A program made the position numbers and the translations under genes. A stretch of DNA of 64,000 bases, from the NCBI GenBank assembly GCA_964016885.1, contig OZ024742.1, forward strand, positions 360,468,001 through 360,532,000, given 5' to 3'. A model generated the notes under the pieces. That model was not told the DNA's origin. It was given only the letters and a program-made list of their open reading frames with translations, and made no database searches. The DNA comes from Eledone cirrhosa (lineage: Eukaryota). Below, one piece after another: positions 1-11,396 of the stretch (its first letter is position 1; every line of letters begins with the position of its first letter).

Positions 1-573
1 TCTCTCTGGTGTGTTACCTTTTCAACATATTGTATTTTAAAGAGCTCAGGATTTCTTCTCCTTTGAGCACATTATTTATAGGGAATGGCGAGGGCTTATG
101 ACTCCGTTAATTTATCGTGGTATATATATATATATATATATTATATGTATCATTTGATATTTACTGTACTATTATATCATCTCTACCCCATCCTTGGCCC
201 CAGAGACCCAGGACCTTCACAACGCCCCTGGGGTGATAGCGCCCACGTTTAGTACCTCAGGCTAGCACTACAATGTGCACCCCCTTCTCCCAGTTATACG
301 CCCTATTCTACCAAATAAAATAATTTCAACTTTGCTAAGCTATCGAGTCTAGCTTTTGACAGTTCTTGTTCTGACCAGGGTAAGAATATTACATAGAACT
401 GGAACACTCGTTGTCGGACTGATATCAGACATATATACAGTGTCGGATTTACTATTGTGCTTAGGTGTACTTAATCACAGGGCTCCGTTGGCCAGTAGCC
501 CATCTTCCTGCCCCCCCCCCCCCCCCAAAAAAAAAATTTACGATGAATTATCTCCTTCAGGGCCAAAGTAAGG

Positions 574-3308
574 GAGAGCTGTTACCTTTACAGGGGAGGT
601 AGGACCGCTGCAATAAGAGTGTGATTCTGAGAGCTGTTACCTCTACAGAGGAGGTAGGTCTGCTGCAATAAGAGTGTGATTCTGAGAGCTGTTACCTCTA
701 CAGGGGAGATAGGACCGCTGCAATAAGAGTGTGAATGTAGAGCTGTTACCTCTACAGGGGAGGTAGGACAGCTGCAATAAGAGTGTGAATGTAGAGCTCT
801 TACCTCTACAGGGGAGGTAGGACCGCTGCAATAAGAGTGTGATTCTGAGAGCTGTTACCTCTACAGGGGAGGTAGGACCGCTGCAATAAGAGTGTGATTC
901 TGAGAGCTGTTACCTCTACAGGGGAGGTAGGACCGCTGCAATAAGAGTGTGATTCTGAGAGCTGTTACCTCCACTGGAGAGGTAGGACCGCTGCAATAAG
1001 AGTGTGAATGTAGAGCTGTTACCTCTACAGGGAAGGTAGGACCGCTGCAATAAGAGTGTGATTCTGATAGCTGTAACCTCTACAGGGAAGGTAGGGTCGC
1101 TGCAATAAGAGTGTGAATGTAGAGCTGTTACCTCTACAGGGGAGGTAGGACCGCTGCAATAAGAGTGTGATTCTGAGAGCTGTAACCTCCACTGGAGAGG
1201 TAGGACCGCTGCAATAAGAGTGTGAATGTAGAGCTGTTACCTCTACAGGGGAGGTAGGACCGCTGCAATAAGAGTGTGATTCTGAGAGCTGTAACCTCTA
1301 CAGGGAAGGTAGGGTCGCTGCAATAAGAGTGTGAATGTAGAGCTGTTACTTCTACAGGGGAGGTAGGACCGCTGCAATAAGAGTGTGATTCTGAGAGCTG
1401 TAACCTCTACAGGGGAGGTAGGGTCGCTGCAATAAGAGTGTGAATGTAGAGCTGTTACCTCTACAGGGGAGGTAGGACCGCTGCAATAAGAGTGTGATTC
1501 TGAGAGCTGTTACTTCTACAGGGGAGGTAGGACCGCTGCAATAAGAGTGTGATTCTGAGAGCTGTAACCTCTACAGGGGAGGTAGGGTCGCTGCAATAAG
1601 AGTGTGAATGTAGAGCTGTTACCTCTACAGGGGAGGTAGGACCGCTGCAATAAGAGTGTGATTCTGAGAGCTGTTACCTCTACAGGGGAGGTAGGACCGC
1701 TGCAATAAGAGTGTGATTCTGAGAGCTGTTACCTCTACAGGGGAGGTAGGACCGCTGCAATAAGAGTGTGATTCTGAGAGCTGTTACCTCTACAGGGGAG
1801 GTAGGACCGCTGCAATAAGAGTGTGATTCTGAGAGCTGTTACCTCCACTGGAGAGGTAGGACCGCTGCAATAAGAGTGTGAATGTAGAGCTGTTACCTCT
1901 ACAGGGAAGGTAGGACCGCTGCAATAAGAGTGTGATTCTGATAGCTGTAACCTCTACAGGGAAGGTAGGGTCGCTGCAATAAGAGTGTGAATGTAGAGCT
2001 GTTACCTCTACAGGGGAGGTAGGACCGCTGCAATAAGAGTGTGATTCTGAGAGCTGTAACCTCCACTGGAGAGGTAGGACCGCTGCAATAAGAGTGTGAA
2101 TGTAGAGCTGTTACCTCTACAGGGGAGGTAGGACCGCTGCAATAAGAGTGTGATTCTGAGAGCTGTAACCTCTACAGGGAAGGTAGGGTCGCTGCAATAA
2201 GAGTGTGAATGTAGAGCTGTTACTTCTACAGGGGAGGTAGGACCGCTGCAATAAGAGTGTGATTCTGAGAGCTGTAACCTCTACAGGGGAGGTAGGGTCG
2301 CTGCAATAAGAGTGTGAATGTAGAGCTGTTACCTCTACAGGGGAGGTAGGACCGCTGCAATAAGAGTGTGATTCTGAGAGCTGTTACTTCTACAGGGGAG
2401 GTAGGACCGCTGCAATAAGAGTGTGATTCTGAGAGCTGTAACCTCTACAGGGGAGGTAGGGTCGCTGCAATAAGAGTGTGAATGTAGAGCTGTTACCTCT
2501 ACAGGGGAGGTAGGACCGCTGCAATAAGAGTGTGATTCTGAGAGCTGTTACCTCTACAGGGGAGGTAGGACCGCTGCAATAAGAGTGTGATTCTGAGAGC
2601 TGTTACCTCTACAGGGGAGGTAGGACCGCTGCAATAAGAGTGTGATTCTGAGAGCTGTTACCTCCACTGGAGAGGTAGGACCGCTGCAATAAGAGTGTGA
2701 ATGTAGAGCTGTTACCTCTACAGGGAAGGTAGGACCGCTGCAATAAGAGTGTGATTCTGATAGCTGTAACCTCTACAGGGAAGGTAGGGTCGCTGCAATA
2801 AGAGTGTGAATGTAGAGCTGTTACCTCTACAGGGGAGGTAGGACCGCTGCAATAAGAGTGTGATTCTGAGAGCTGTAACCTCCACTGGAGAGGTAGGACC
2901 GCTGCAATAAGAGTGTGAATGTAGAGCTGTTACCTCTACAGGGGAGGTAGGACCGCTGCAATAAGAGTGTGATTCTGAGAGCTGTAACCTCTACAGGGAA
3001 GGTAGGGTCGCTGCAATAAGAGTGTGAATGTAGAGCTGTTACTTCTACAGGGGAGGTAGGACCGCTGCAATAAGAGTGTGATTCTGAGAGCTGTAACCTC
3101 TACAGGGGAGGTAGGGTCGCTGCAATAAGAGTGTGAATGTAGAGCTGTTACCTCTACAGGGGAGGTAGGACCGCTGCAATAAGAGTGTGATTCTGAGAGC
3201 TGTTACTTCTACAGGGGAGGTAGGACCGCTGCAATAAGAGTGTGATTCTGAGAGCTGTAACCTCTACAGGGGAGGTAGGGTCGCTGCAATAAGAGTGTGA
3301 TTCTGAGA
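574..3308. repeat. 54/55-bp tandem satellite (~50 units) with 15-16-unit higher-order repeats
   Basis: Unit GAGCTGTTACCTCTACAGGGGAGGTAGGACCGCTGCAATAAGAGTGTGATTCTGA (576 to 631) with a 54-bp ...GAATGTAGAG variant. The GTTACCTCCACTGG variant recurs at 971, 1845 and 2664 (spacings 874 and 819). Confidence 0.97.
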
Positions 3309-3395
3309 GGGGAGTATGTTGAATAAAATCATAATTAACTGATCTTTCTGTATTTTCTTTTCCTGAAGCCATGGACTTTTCAGCACTCCCTCGTG
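3282..3395 (+). mobile_element. Tc1/mariner-type right end (transposase C-terminus remnant plus TIR)
   Basis: 3282-3326 translates RCNKSVILRGEYVE*, resembling the mariner C-terminal motif. It ends in ...GGACTTTTCAGCACTCCCTCGTG, similar to the TIRs of the MITE at 45232-45479. Confidence 0.75.
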
Positions 3396-3438
3396 TGTGT
3401 ATATATATATATATATGTGTGTGTATGTGTGTGTCTCT

Positions 3439-3511
<73 letters not shown>

Positions 3512-3646
3512 TGTGTCTGTGTCTGTGTCTGTGTCTGTGTGTCTGTGTGTGTGTGGGTGGGAGGCGTCTCTGTGTGTGTGTAGGTATGTGTGTATTTTTC
3601 TGTGTGTGTGTGTATTTGTCTGTGTGTGTGTATGTGTGTGTGTGTG
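3394..3646. repeat. (TA)n/(TG)n/(TGTC)n compound microsatellite
   Basis: Seen directly in sequence. Confidence 0.95.
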
Positions 3647-3649
3647 TTT

Positions 3650-4200
3650 GACTGGTTTCTACACAGTTTCCGTCTAACAATTCCCCTCATGAGACATTGG
3701 TGAACCCGAGACAGTTGAGGTCTTACCCCAGGTACCATGCAGTTGGGCTGGACCCGAAATCACGTGGATGCTAAGCTAATTCCTTAATAACAGTCATTCC
3801 TGTACTAAATAATATACTGTGAGATTTACAATAGAACAGAAAGGGCCTCCTACGGTTTCGACGATGAGTGTTCCAGTTGTTCTATGAAAGGGACAACCTG
3901 CTCATGAAATTAACGTGTAAATGGCTGAGTTTTCCATACAAACACACACACACACATATAATCTTAACGTAATTTTCAGGCAGATTCAACGTGACACAAT
4001 TTGCGACAAGGTTGGCTCGTAATATACAGGTGCAATCCACCCGACAAGCCCCCAAACAGTTTCTGTCAACCCTATTTCACTCAGATATTTGGGGTCGACA
4101 CGAAACTAGAGTAAAGAACACTTTCCCAAGATGCTACGTAGTAGGGGTCTAATACGAGACCCAAGGATTACATAGTGATCCTGTTAACCATTTGGCCATG
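3650..4200 (-). mobile_element. Two degraded tRNA-derived SINEs
   Basis: The body GAGTGTTCCAGTTG...CCTGCTCATGAAATTAACGTG is shared with ~48825-48890 and ~44455-44510. Degenerate tRNA-like heads lie on the minus strand. Confidence 0.6.
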
Positions 4201-4229
4201 CTGTGGCAATCATTTAAAATAATTTACAA

Positions 4230-4434
4230 TCAATTTGTCGTTGAACCTATCGCGGTGAAAACTTCCGGTGGAGACTTCCGGTGTCTTTCGTCCCCGAACA
4301 GCGTCTCTACTGGTATCGGTGTGGAGCTGGCCACACACTGGAGTGAACCACACGATTTATCATGGCTATTTCAACGGGTCTCTGTCGCCATCTTCCATAA
4401 CATTCCCTTCATTCTGTCCCATGTGACCACGTGA
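4230..4434 (+). pseudogene. CRE-clade-like non-LTR retrotransposon 3' fragment (RLE C-terminus)
   Basis: EPIAVKTSG...LSWLFQRVSVAI resembles the CRE-type P.AVET.G...WLFQR.S.A..RGN motif. Confidence 0.6.
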
Positions 4435-4529
4435 CGGCATGCACCTAGGGTTCTACACGCCAGTTCTTCAATTCCATCAGACACGAGACACGTGCCATTG
4501 CGGGAGTTATGAGCGATGTTTAAGTATTA

Positions 4530-4703
4530 TAAGTTTCAGATAAATTCCAAATCCTCTTCTCATTGGTTAATTAAATAATTATGATACAACATTTAGACTT
4601 CATCAGAGAAACTTACACCAGAAAAATAAACCAGCTTTTAGCATTACTCATGGACATTGTACAGTGTACCTTCAAATTTCAGGGTACATTGCACAGTTTT
4701 GTT

Positions 4704-4715
<12 letters not shown>
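4530..4715 (-). mobile_element. Fragment of HHR element family 3 (segment shared with 8705-8870)
   Basis: Near-identical reverse complement of 8705-8870; abuts (TA)n. Confidence 0.7.
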
Positions 4716-4761
<46 letters not shown>

Positions 4762-4762
<1 letters not shown>

Positions 4763-4920
4763 AAAAGGTAAACAGAAATAACAACACAATCGGTACAGTA
4801 TATGGAAGGCATATATTAGGTTAACGCTTGATATAGCAGGAAGAGGGTCTTAACGTTTCGGACGCTAGTCCTTCATCAGAAGAAAGAATGAGAAATAAGA
4901 TAGATTGAGGGGACGGGCGG
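4762..4920 (-). mobile_element. Penelope-like element end (pLTR) running into (CA)n
   Basis: Diverged inverted copy of ~6850-6993; contains a minimal HHR; ends TTACCTTTTAC(AC)n on the minus strand. Confidence 0.65.
4848..4883 (-). ncRNA. Minimal type I hammerhead ribozyme (Penelope-type)
   Basis: UCUU CUGAUGA A GGAC-UAGC-GUCC GAAAC GUU AAGA: intact core, 4-bp stems I and II, palindromic AC/GU stem III that would need a dimer. Confidence 0.8.
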
Positions 4921-5542
4921 GTTGGAATTGGAAAAAATGTCTTTGTGTGTGTGTGTGAGAAGCAATATCTGTGTGAAAAGGAAAAAGGAAAAAGGTGCTC
5001 AATCAGGAAAAGAGCAGAATTATTATGATATTTATCTATACACAGATCAAATGCACGCCTCAAGGTTTCAAGGCCCAATATTGCCCACACCTCCAGAGAA
5101 CAAGAGACATCACAATTGTGGTTCCATGTATGAACATAAATAAATATAATATTTCTGCTCTCTTCCTTTTTCCATTTCACACCTACAGATATTGCTACAT
5201 ACAATACTATATATAAGCAGAAGGGATATTCAATTTGTTGGTAATTCAACAAATATAAATGTTTATAACTGATTCAGAGCACTCGACAATTTTTCTGGAG
5301 TATAATATTCAATGATATTAAATAAATGGAAACTATATTTATAAAACCATACTTATTCTATTATATATATTTCAAGGGTACCAAAACTTTGGTACGCTAT
5401 CATCAGATAAAATACAAAGTGTGTTTTGTAAATTTTGACATAACCAAGGAAAATATACCTATATATATATAGATATATATGAAGGACTATTTTTATCATA
5501 TGTAACCCATGTGCAAACCACGCAGTATTCTTCTTTCTTCTC

Positions 5543-5604
<62 letters not shown>

Positions 5605-6849
5605 CACTACCATGGAGACTAGAGCCAAATGCTTCTATTCTATTGTACAGATATCGGAGACTGTATTTTTCTAATAACCAATTTTTCACTAACTTGTTAA
5701 TTTGTGTTTGAGATACGTTGGCTGAGTGCTTATGACGTGAGCAGAACTATTTGAATTTCGTCTCCTGCCATCACGTAAATTTATAGATCGGTAGCACATA
5801 AAGTCATAGCCGGCACGGACTGGGGTCGAATTCTGTCGATCAATTGGTTATTGACTAGGCGAAAACCGCTGATGAGGCCATATGCGCCGATTATGCATTG
5901 TTGAATAATATGTGGACAGAGAGTGCTGTGCACTCTATTGCTGCATTAAGTGTGGCCAAAACTTGAGTTCGGGAATAATTGAATGTACCCGTTTACGTGT
6001 GTTGTACTGAAGCGAATAACTATGTGTATACCCTGGGAGTTTATTTAATATTTCCTATTGAGTACGTTGAGATACAACGGGTCATAGCAGTGATACCCAT
6101 GCTAGTTCCGTCAACTTATTATATATATATATATACACACACAAGGAAAATGATAATAAAAAGGGTTCGAAAAGCGCTCTTGGTATATATATAAAATATC
6201 TTTATAACATAGCAAAGCTCGCTTTCTCTGGAATATCAAAACATAAGATTTGTTATTAGGTTAAATTGTTTTTTCTCGTTAAAACTCCTGCATGCTGATT
6301 CTCAACCTTATAGTTTATGTCGCTTCTGTCCTTGCTAAAGTAAGGGATACAACTGATTTTTTCGTTGTCGCTTGTGTGTATAAAAATTATAATCTGTGAT
6401 AAGGGGCTTAACTCTAACTTCCTTTAAGCTTGAAAAATTAATTCGACCTTGTTCTGTGATTTCATAACTAGATTGGTACAATGGGAAAACATGGAAGTTT
6501 GGCAGCGTTTTGCCTTCTCATTCCTCTATATGTTTGCTTAGATTTGTGTCAGATGCTGTGATACCAGGTGGACCAGCAGTATCGTTGATAGGGGTCGAAA
6601 CTGCCAGAAGTTCATCTCGACGGCTGAAGATCTTGGTTCTGTGTCTTTTGTTTGTCCCTTTATTTATTTTTTTAAATTGAGGTATTTCTTCAAAAAAATT
6701 TTTTTTTTTTTTGTTCTGTCACATTTTTGGTCGTTCTCTGCTCTTTGTTAATTTTCCTAACTTTATTATATGGCCCACCGAATACGCACGTGTTGTTTTT
6801 TTCCCCGTTATTATTTTTTTTCTCCGATCTTTCCTCTTATCACTCTTTA

Positions 6850-6993
6850 TTTTCTATTTAGCTTCTATTTCTAACTCTATCTTTTGATGAAGGAATAATG
6901 TCCGAAACGTTAAGACTCTCATCCTGCTATTCCCTGCACTAAACTAATACATTTTTTTCCATGTATTGTGCCGTTTGTTTTGTTATTTCTGTT
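6850..6993 (+). mobile_element. Penelope-like element end with a degenerate minimal HHR (6880-6915)
   Basis: UCUU UUGAUGA A GGA-AUAAUG-UCC GAAAC GUU AAGA (C3>U). The downstream sequence matches the 4762-4850 copy and ends in (CA)n. Confidence 0.65.
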
Positions 6994-6997
6994 TACC

Positions 6998-7094
<97 letters not shown>

Positions 7095-7257
7095 AAACGA
7101 AGGAAGTGTGGTAAGGAACCAGATGGACCATAAAGCACCAGAGTACTCAATACTTTGGGTAGTAGAGTGGGTAATAGGAAAATGTTCAAGACTCCGACGG
7201 CAGAGCTCAAGCCGTTTCTGGACTCCAGAAATAGCCGTCGGAGTCTTGAACATTTTC

Positions 7258-7292
<35 letters not shown>

Positions 7293-7633
7293 CAAATTTT
7301 AGTACAGCATTAACGAAGCTTTTGGCTGCGGCTAAGCTAACGAATGCAGCTTACCACTCGATGGAGAATAATACCCCAGAGTTATAACAATACGTTTAGA
7401 CAGCTTTTCAAATCAAATGTAGCGACCGACAGTCCAGCCGCATTGCCATAGCAACGAAAAAAACTGAACTCAGGAAAAGATTTTGACTGACCTGTATATA
7501 TATATAACGAAGGAATTGTGGTAAGGAACCAAATGGACCATAACGCACCAGAGTACTCAATACTTAGGGTAGTAGAGAGTCCAGAAATAGCCGTCGAAAC
7601 GGCTTGAACTCTGCCGTCGGGGTCATACTTTTT

Positions 7634-7637
<4 letters not shown>
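7095..7637. repeat. TA-flanked duplicated module (copies ~412 bp apart) with an internal inversion/hairpin
   Basis: AACGAAGGAA.TGTGGTAAGGAACC...GGGTAGTAGAG at ~7095 and ~7507. Hairpin TTCAAGACTCCGACGGC...GCCGTCGGAGTCTTGAA at ~7184-7250. Confidence 0.8.
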
Positions 7638-7698
<61 letters not shown>

Positions 7699-7728
7699 TT
7701 ATACTTGGGGAGGGTCATATTGTAATAA

Positions 7729-7907
7729 TTGTTTCTACTTTTGGCACAAAGCCAGCAAATACCCAGTAGATTACTGGTACTTTATTTTATCGACCCCGTA
7801 AGGATGAAAGGCAAAGTTAACCTTGGCGGGATTTGAACTCAGAATGGCAAGGGCCGTAACTCTATGCGTCAAAGCATGGCGTCCGACCCTCTACCGATAC
7901 TGCCAAT
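7729..7907 (-). mobile_element. tRNA-derived SINE with a Meta-like central domain
   Basis: Minus strand: A box TGGCAGTATCGG, B box GAGTTCAAATCCC, then GCCTTTCATCCTTACGGGGTCGATAAAATAAAGTACCAG. Near-identical to 49935-50118. Confidence 0.88.
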
Positions 7908-8064
7908 TCATAATATTGCCAGAAATAATAACAGAACACACTCACTGTTTGCTTGGTTTTCGCTTCTGTATCTTTTATATCTCCATAGTTAATTTATTTG
8001 GCAATCAATGTTTGTCATTGACTGACCAACGGTCAAAAATACAGATATAAATACATATATATAT

Positions 8065-8118
8065 ATAGTCTAACAAAGTTCTTTCGTTGCACATCTGCAA
8101 CATCATCAGTGGTACTAT
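8065..8118 (-). ncRNA. Type I hammerhead ribozyme, family 3
   Basis: AUAGU-ACCA CUGAUGA U GUUGCA-GAUG-UGCAAC GAAA G-AA-C UU UGUU-AG-ACUAU; same sequence as 18935-18988. Confidence 0.75.
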
Positions 8119-8669
8119 TATGTTTCCTCCTGTTGTATTGTATGTCTACACCATTTTTATTTTATCTGTTTATTTATTTATTTATTTATTTTTGTCTTCG
8201 TCTCAGCGCATGCGTTTGCGTGTGTGTATAGTGTTTGGTGTGTGTGTTCGCGTTTGGGTGATTGTATTTTGGTTATTGTATTCTATCTTAGTTTATTAGT
8301 GTGTGTTTATATGTGTTTGTTGTTCTTGTGCTTGTCTATATATTTATTTATTTATTTATATTTCTCTTAAGTCAGTATTGTTTGTTTGGGTGTTGTTATT
8401 CCATTCATTTTTTCTGTTTAGATTTGGCCTTCTAAGCTCTATTTCGTTTGCTTCTCTGATTTGCCTACTTGTTGGGTCATTTCTATGTTTAGATATTATT
8501 TTAATTTCTATGTTGTCTATGTTACCGTCATGTTGTTGTCTGGCGTGTTCGTATAGTACTGTGAGTGCGTTCTGTTATTATTTCTGGCAATATTATTACA
8601 ACAATATGACCCTCCCCAAGTATAACAATATTTGTTTCGACACACGATTTCATATAAAAAAACTTGCAA

Positions 8670-8710
<41 letters not shown>

Positions 8711-8916
8711 AAAACTGTGTAATGTACCCTGAAATTTGAAGGTACACTGTAACATTTCCATGAGTAATGCTAAAAACTGGTTTATTATTCTGGTGTAAAT
8801 TTCTCTGATGAAATCTAAATGTTGTATCATAATTATTTAATTAACCAATGAGAAGAGTTTTGGGAATTTATCTTGCAGGAAACTGGCTACCAAGTTTATC
8901 AAGAAATATAAACAAA

Positions 8917-9291
<375 letters not shown>

Positions 9292-9502
9292 CAGTGATGT
9301 GAGATTTGAGCTCGCTTCATTACAGTTAGTCATATACGTCTGTCTGTCTGCCAGTCTGCCTGTCTGTCTGTCTGCCAGTCTGTCTGTCTTGCACATCGGC
9401 TCTTCGATTTGGAATCTTTACTTGGATTATTTGTGAGTGTATTATTTAAATTGTTTTTCTATTATTGACTCTAACCCCTAGTCTGGGACTGTAGACGTAG
9501 GG

Positions 9503-9542
9503 TAAATATATTTTCACCCCTTTTGGGGTGAAAATATATTTA
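9503..9542 (+). promoter_or_regulatory. Perfect 18-bp hairpin just upstream of the ORF1 ATG
   Basis: TAAATATATTTTCACCCC-TTTT-GGGGTGAAAATATATTTA; ATG at 9550. Function unknown. Confidence 0.55.
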
Positions 9543-9549
9543 ATTCAAA

Positions 9550-11396
9550 ATGTTCATCGATATCGTTGAAAACGAGGAAGCCATATTGGAAGCTAACGCC
9601 ACGCCTACCAAAAAAAGCGAGAAAGAGGGAACAACAATTCAAACTGTTGAACAGCCCCTCCTCTCCAATGAAAAAAAGAATATTAATTCGAGTGAAAACC
9701 TAAATTTTGAAGAAAAAAATAACAAGAAAATAAACACCACAAAAGATGAAACCAACAACATTGCAACAACAAGCAACAATGAAAGAAGCGAAAGCAACAA
9801 AGACAACAAAGTTTCTTTTGCCCAAACGGTCAGGAAAGCTATCGAATACAAGCCCATAGACATTACTAACGCTAAGCAGAACTTGCTAACTGCCAGAAAA
9901 TACGTATCTTTTGGGGAGGATGGTTCTTTTACGATCAACTCCCCAGAAGAAGTTTGTCAACAGGTATATAGGAATACCATAACCTTCAGGACTATATCCA
10001 ACGCAACAGGAAAGCCAGCTCAATTGACAGAAAGTCAAATTGAGCTGGTTCTGAAAGACATAAAAAAAGACATACTCTTTATTGAAAGAGGAAAGCTGTA
10101 TGCCAGCATTATGTCCGAATGGAGGACGAAATTCTGGCACAAAAATGCTCGGTGGCACCTATAGTGTCACCACAATACACCTTCTTCCCCACATATAAAG
10201 GAAGAAGAACACAAAGACTAAGAATGTGGAGCTCAACACCAGAAGTAAACATCTGGTCCGTCCTGACAGGATTCACGGACCTAGAAAAGGACATCCTAAT
10301 ATCAGCAGGTCAGTCCACCAGTGGACTGTTCGGGGGGAAAAGTCTGGAGGTTCTCTTACAGATGACACCTGAGAGAATCGCAGGAATACCCGACCGAGTA
10401 CTACTGGATGGTCGAACCTTTATTAATATTACGGTGGAAGGCAGGAGGCCCTCATGTTACCACTCCGCTGGTAGAGGTCACCTGAGGACTGCCTGCCCTC
10501 TACTAACAACAAAAAAAACACTGCTACAAACACCACAACAACAACAAAAACAACCAGCACCACCACCACAAAAACAACAAAATACACCACCATCACCACC
10601 ACAACGACAACAAAAACCAACAACACCACCTCCAGCACCACCACCACAACAACATCAACAACGACAGCTCAAGAAAACAACCCAAAACACGGTCCCACCC
10701 AGCCCCTCCCCACAGAACACAAATACAAAAACACACGCAGTGCATACACAACCTGGCAATATACCCCTCCCCTCCAATACGGAAGAGGAGCTCATATCCT
10801 CGGAAGACGAGGAGGTTCCCTTCCAAAAAGTCAAAAGGAAAAAACGTACACACACCACGCAAACAAAAATAACCCCACCTGACAACACAATACAGACAAC
10901 AAAACGCAAGCTCACCCAAGAACAACAAGCAAAAACAAACACAACAACACAAAAACTCTACACATACATAAACAAAAACAATAAAAACTTAACAGAAAAA
11001 ATAGAAAACAACCCTTCGGTACAAACCGAAGGGCCGAATTTTGCAATGGCAATGGGACTCCCTAACCTGAAAATGGTGAAAGTCCCACTTGACATTTTCA
11101 AAACATTGAAAAACATTTACCCTGAGGGCGTGGGGCCACCCTGCACCAGGCCACTCAACCGCGTCCTCCTGAAAGGTTTTTCCCTCCCCTCCTCAAACAC
11201 CCACACAATTCCAAACACCCCAACCCCTCCACACACTAATACCTTCACACCACCACAAACCACCACCCACCCAACAACCCCTCCACCACCCCCATGGAAA
11301 CTGAACAGCCCGGACCCCGGGACGCAGAGAGGTAAGTGCCTCTTTCTTTACCACCAACATGGCCGTGTTAAGAGTAGGTTGTCTAAATGCACGTAG
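9550..11396 (+). pseudogene. Tx1-type ORF1 (gag-like), frameshifted near 10120
   Basis: ORFs 9550-10164 and 10119-11396; degenerate zinc knuckle CYHSAGRGHLRTAC; P/Q/T-rich linker. Confidence 0.8.

Larger units (their letters stand above)
7695..8915. mobile_element. HHR element family 3 locus (antisense part then sense part), interrupted by a SINE
   Basis: 7697-7727 plus 7910-7945 are inverted relative to 8560-8628. The locus shares segments with 18715-19190 and has an HHR at 8065-8118 (-). Confidence 0.7.

Noticed and set aside
574-3308. CRISPR-like regular array
   Set aside because: No unique spacers and no cas genes; it is a tandem satellite in eukaryotic DNA.
5855-5900. CTGATGAGGCC...GCCGATT possible hammerhead
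   Set aside because: GAAA is replaced by GATT and no stem I or III could be built; at best a dead relic.
7729-7907. tRNA genes at A/B-box sites
   Set aside because: The heads are fused to SINE bodies and no complete cloverleaf is seen.
8798-8908. Second HHR in family 3 segment E (CTGATGA...GAAAC)
   Set aside because: Core halves are ~70 nt apart, stem II is unconvincing, and stem I does not adjoin a cleavage triplet.
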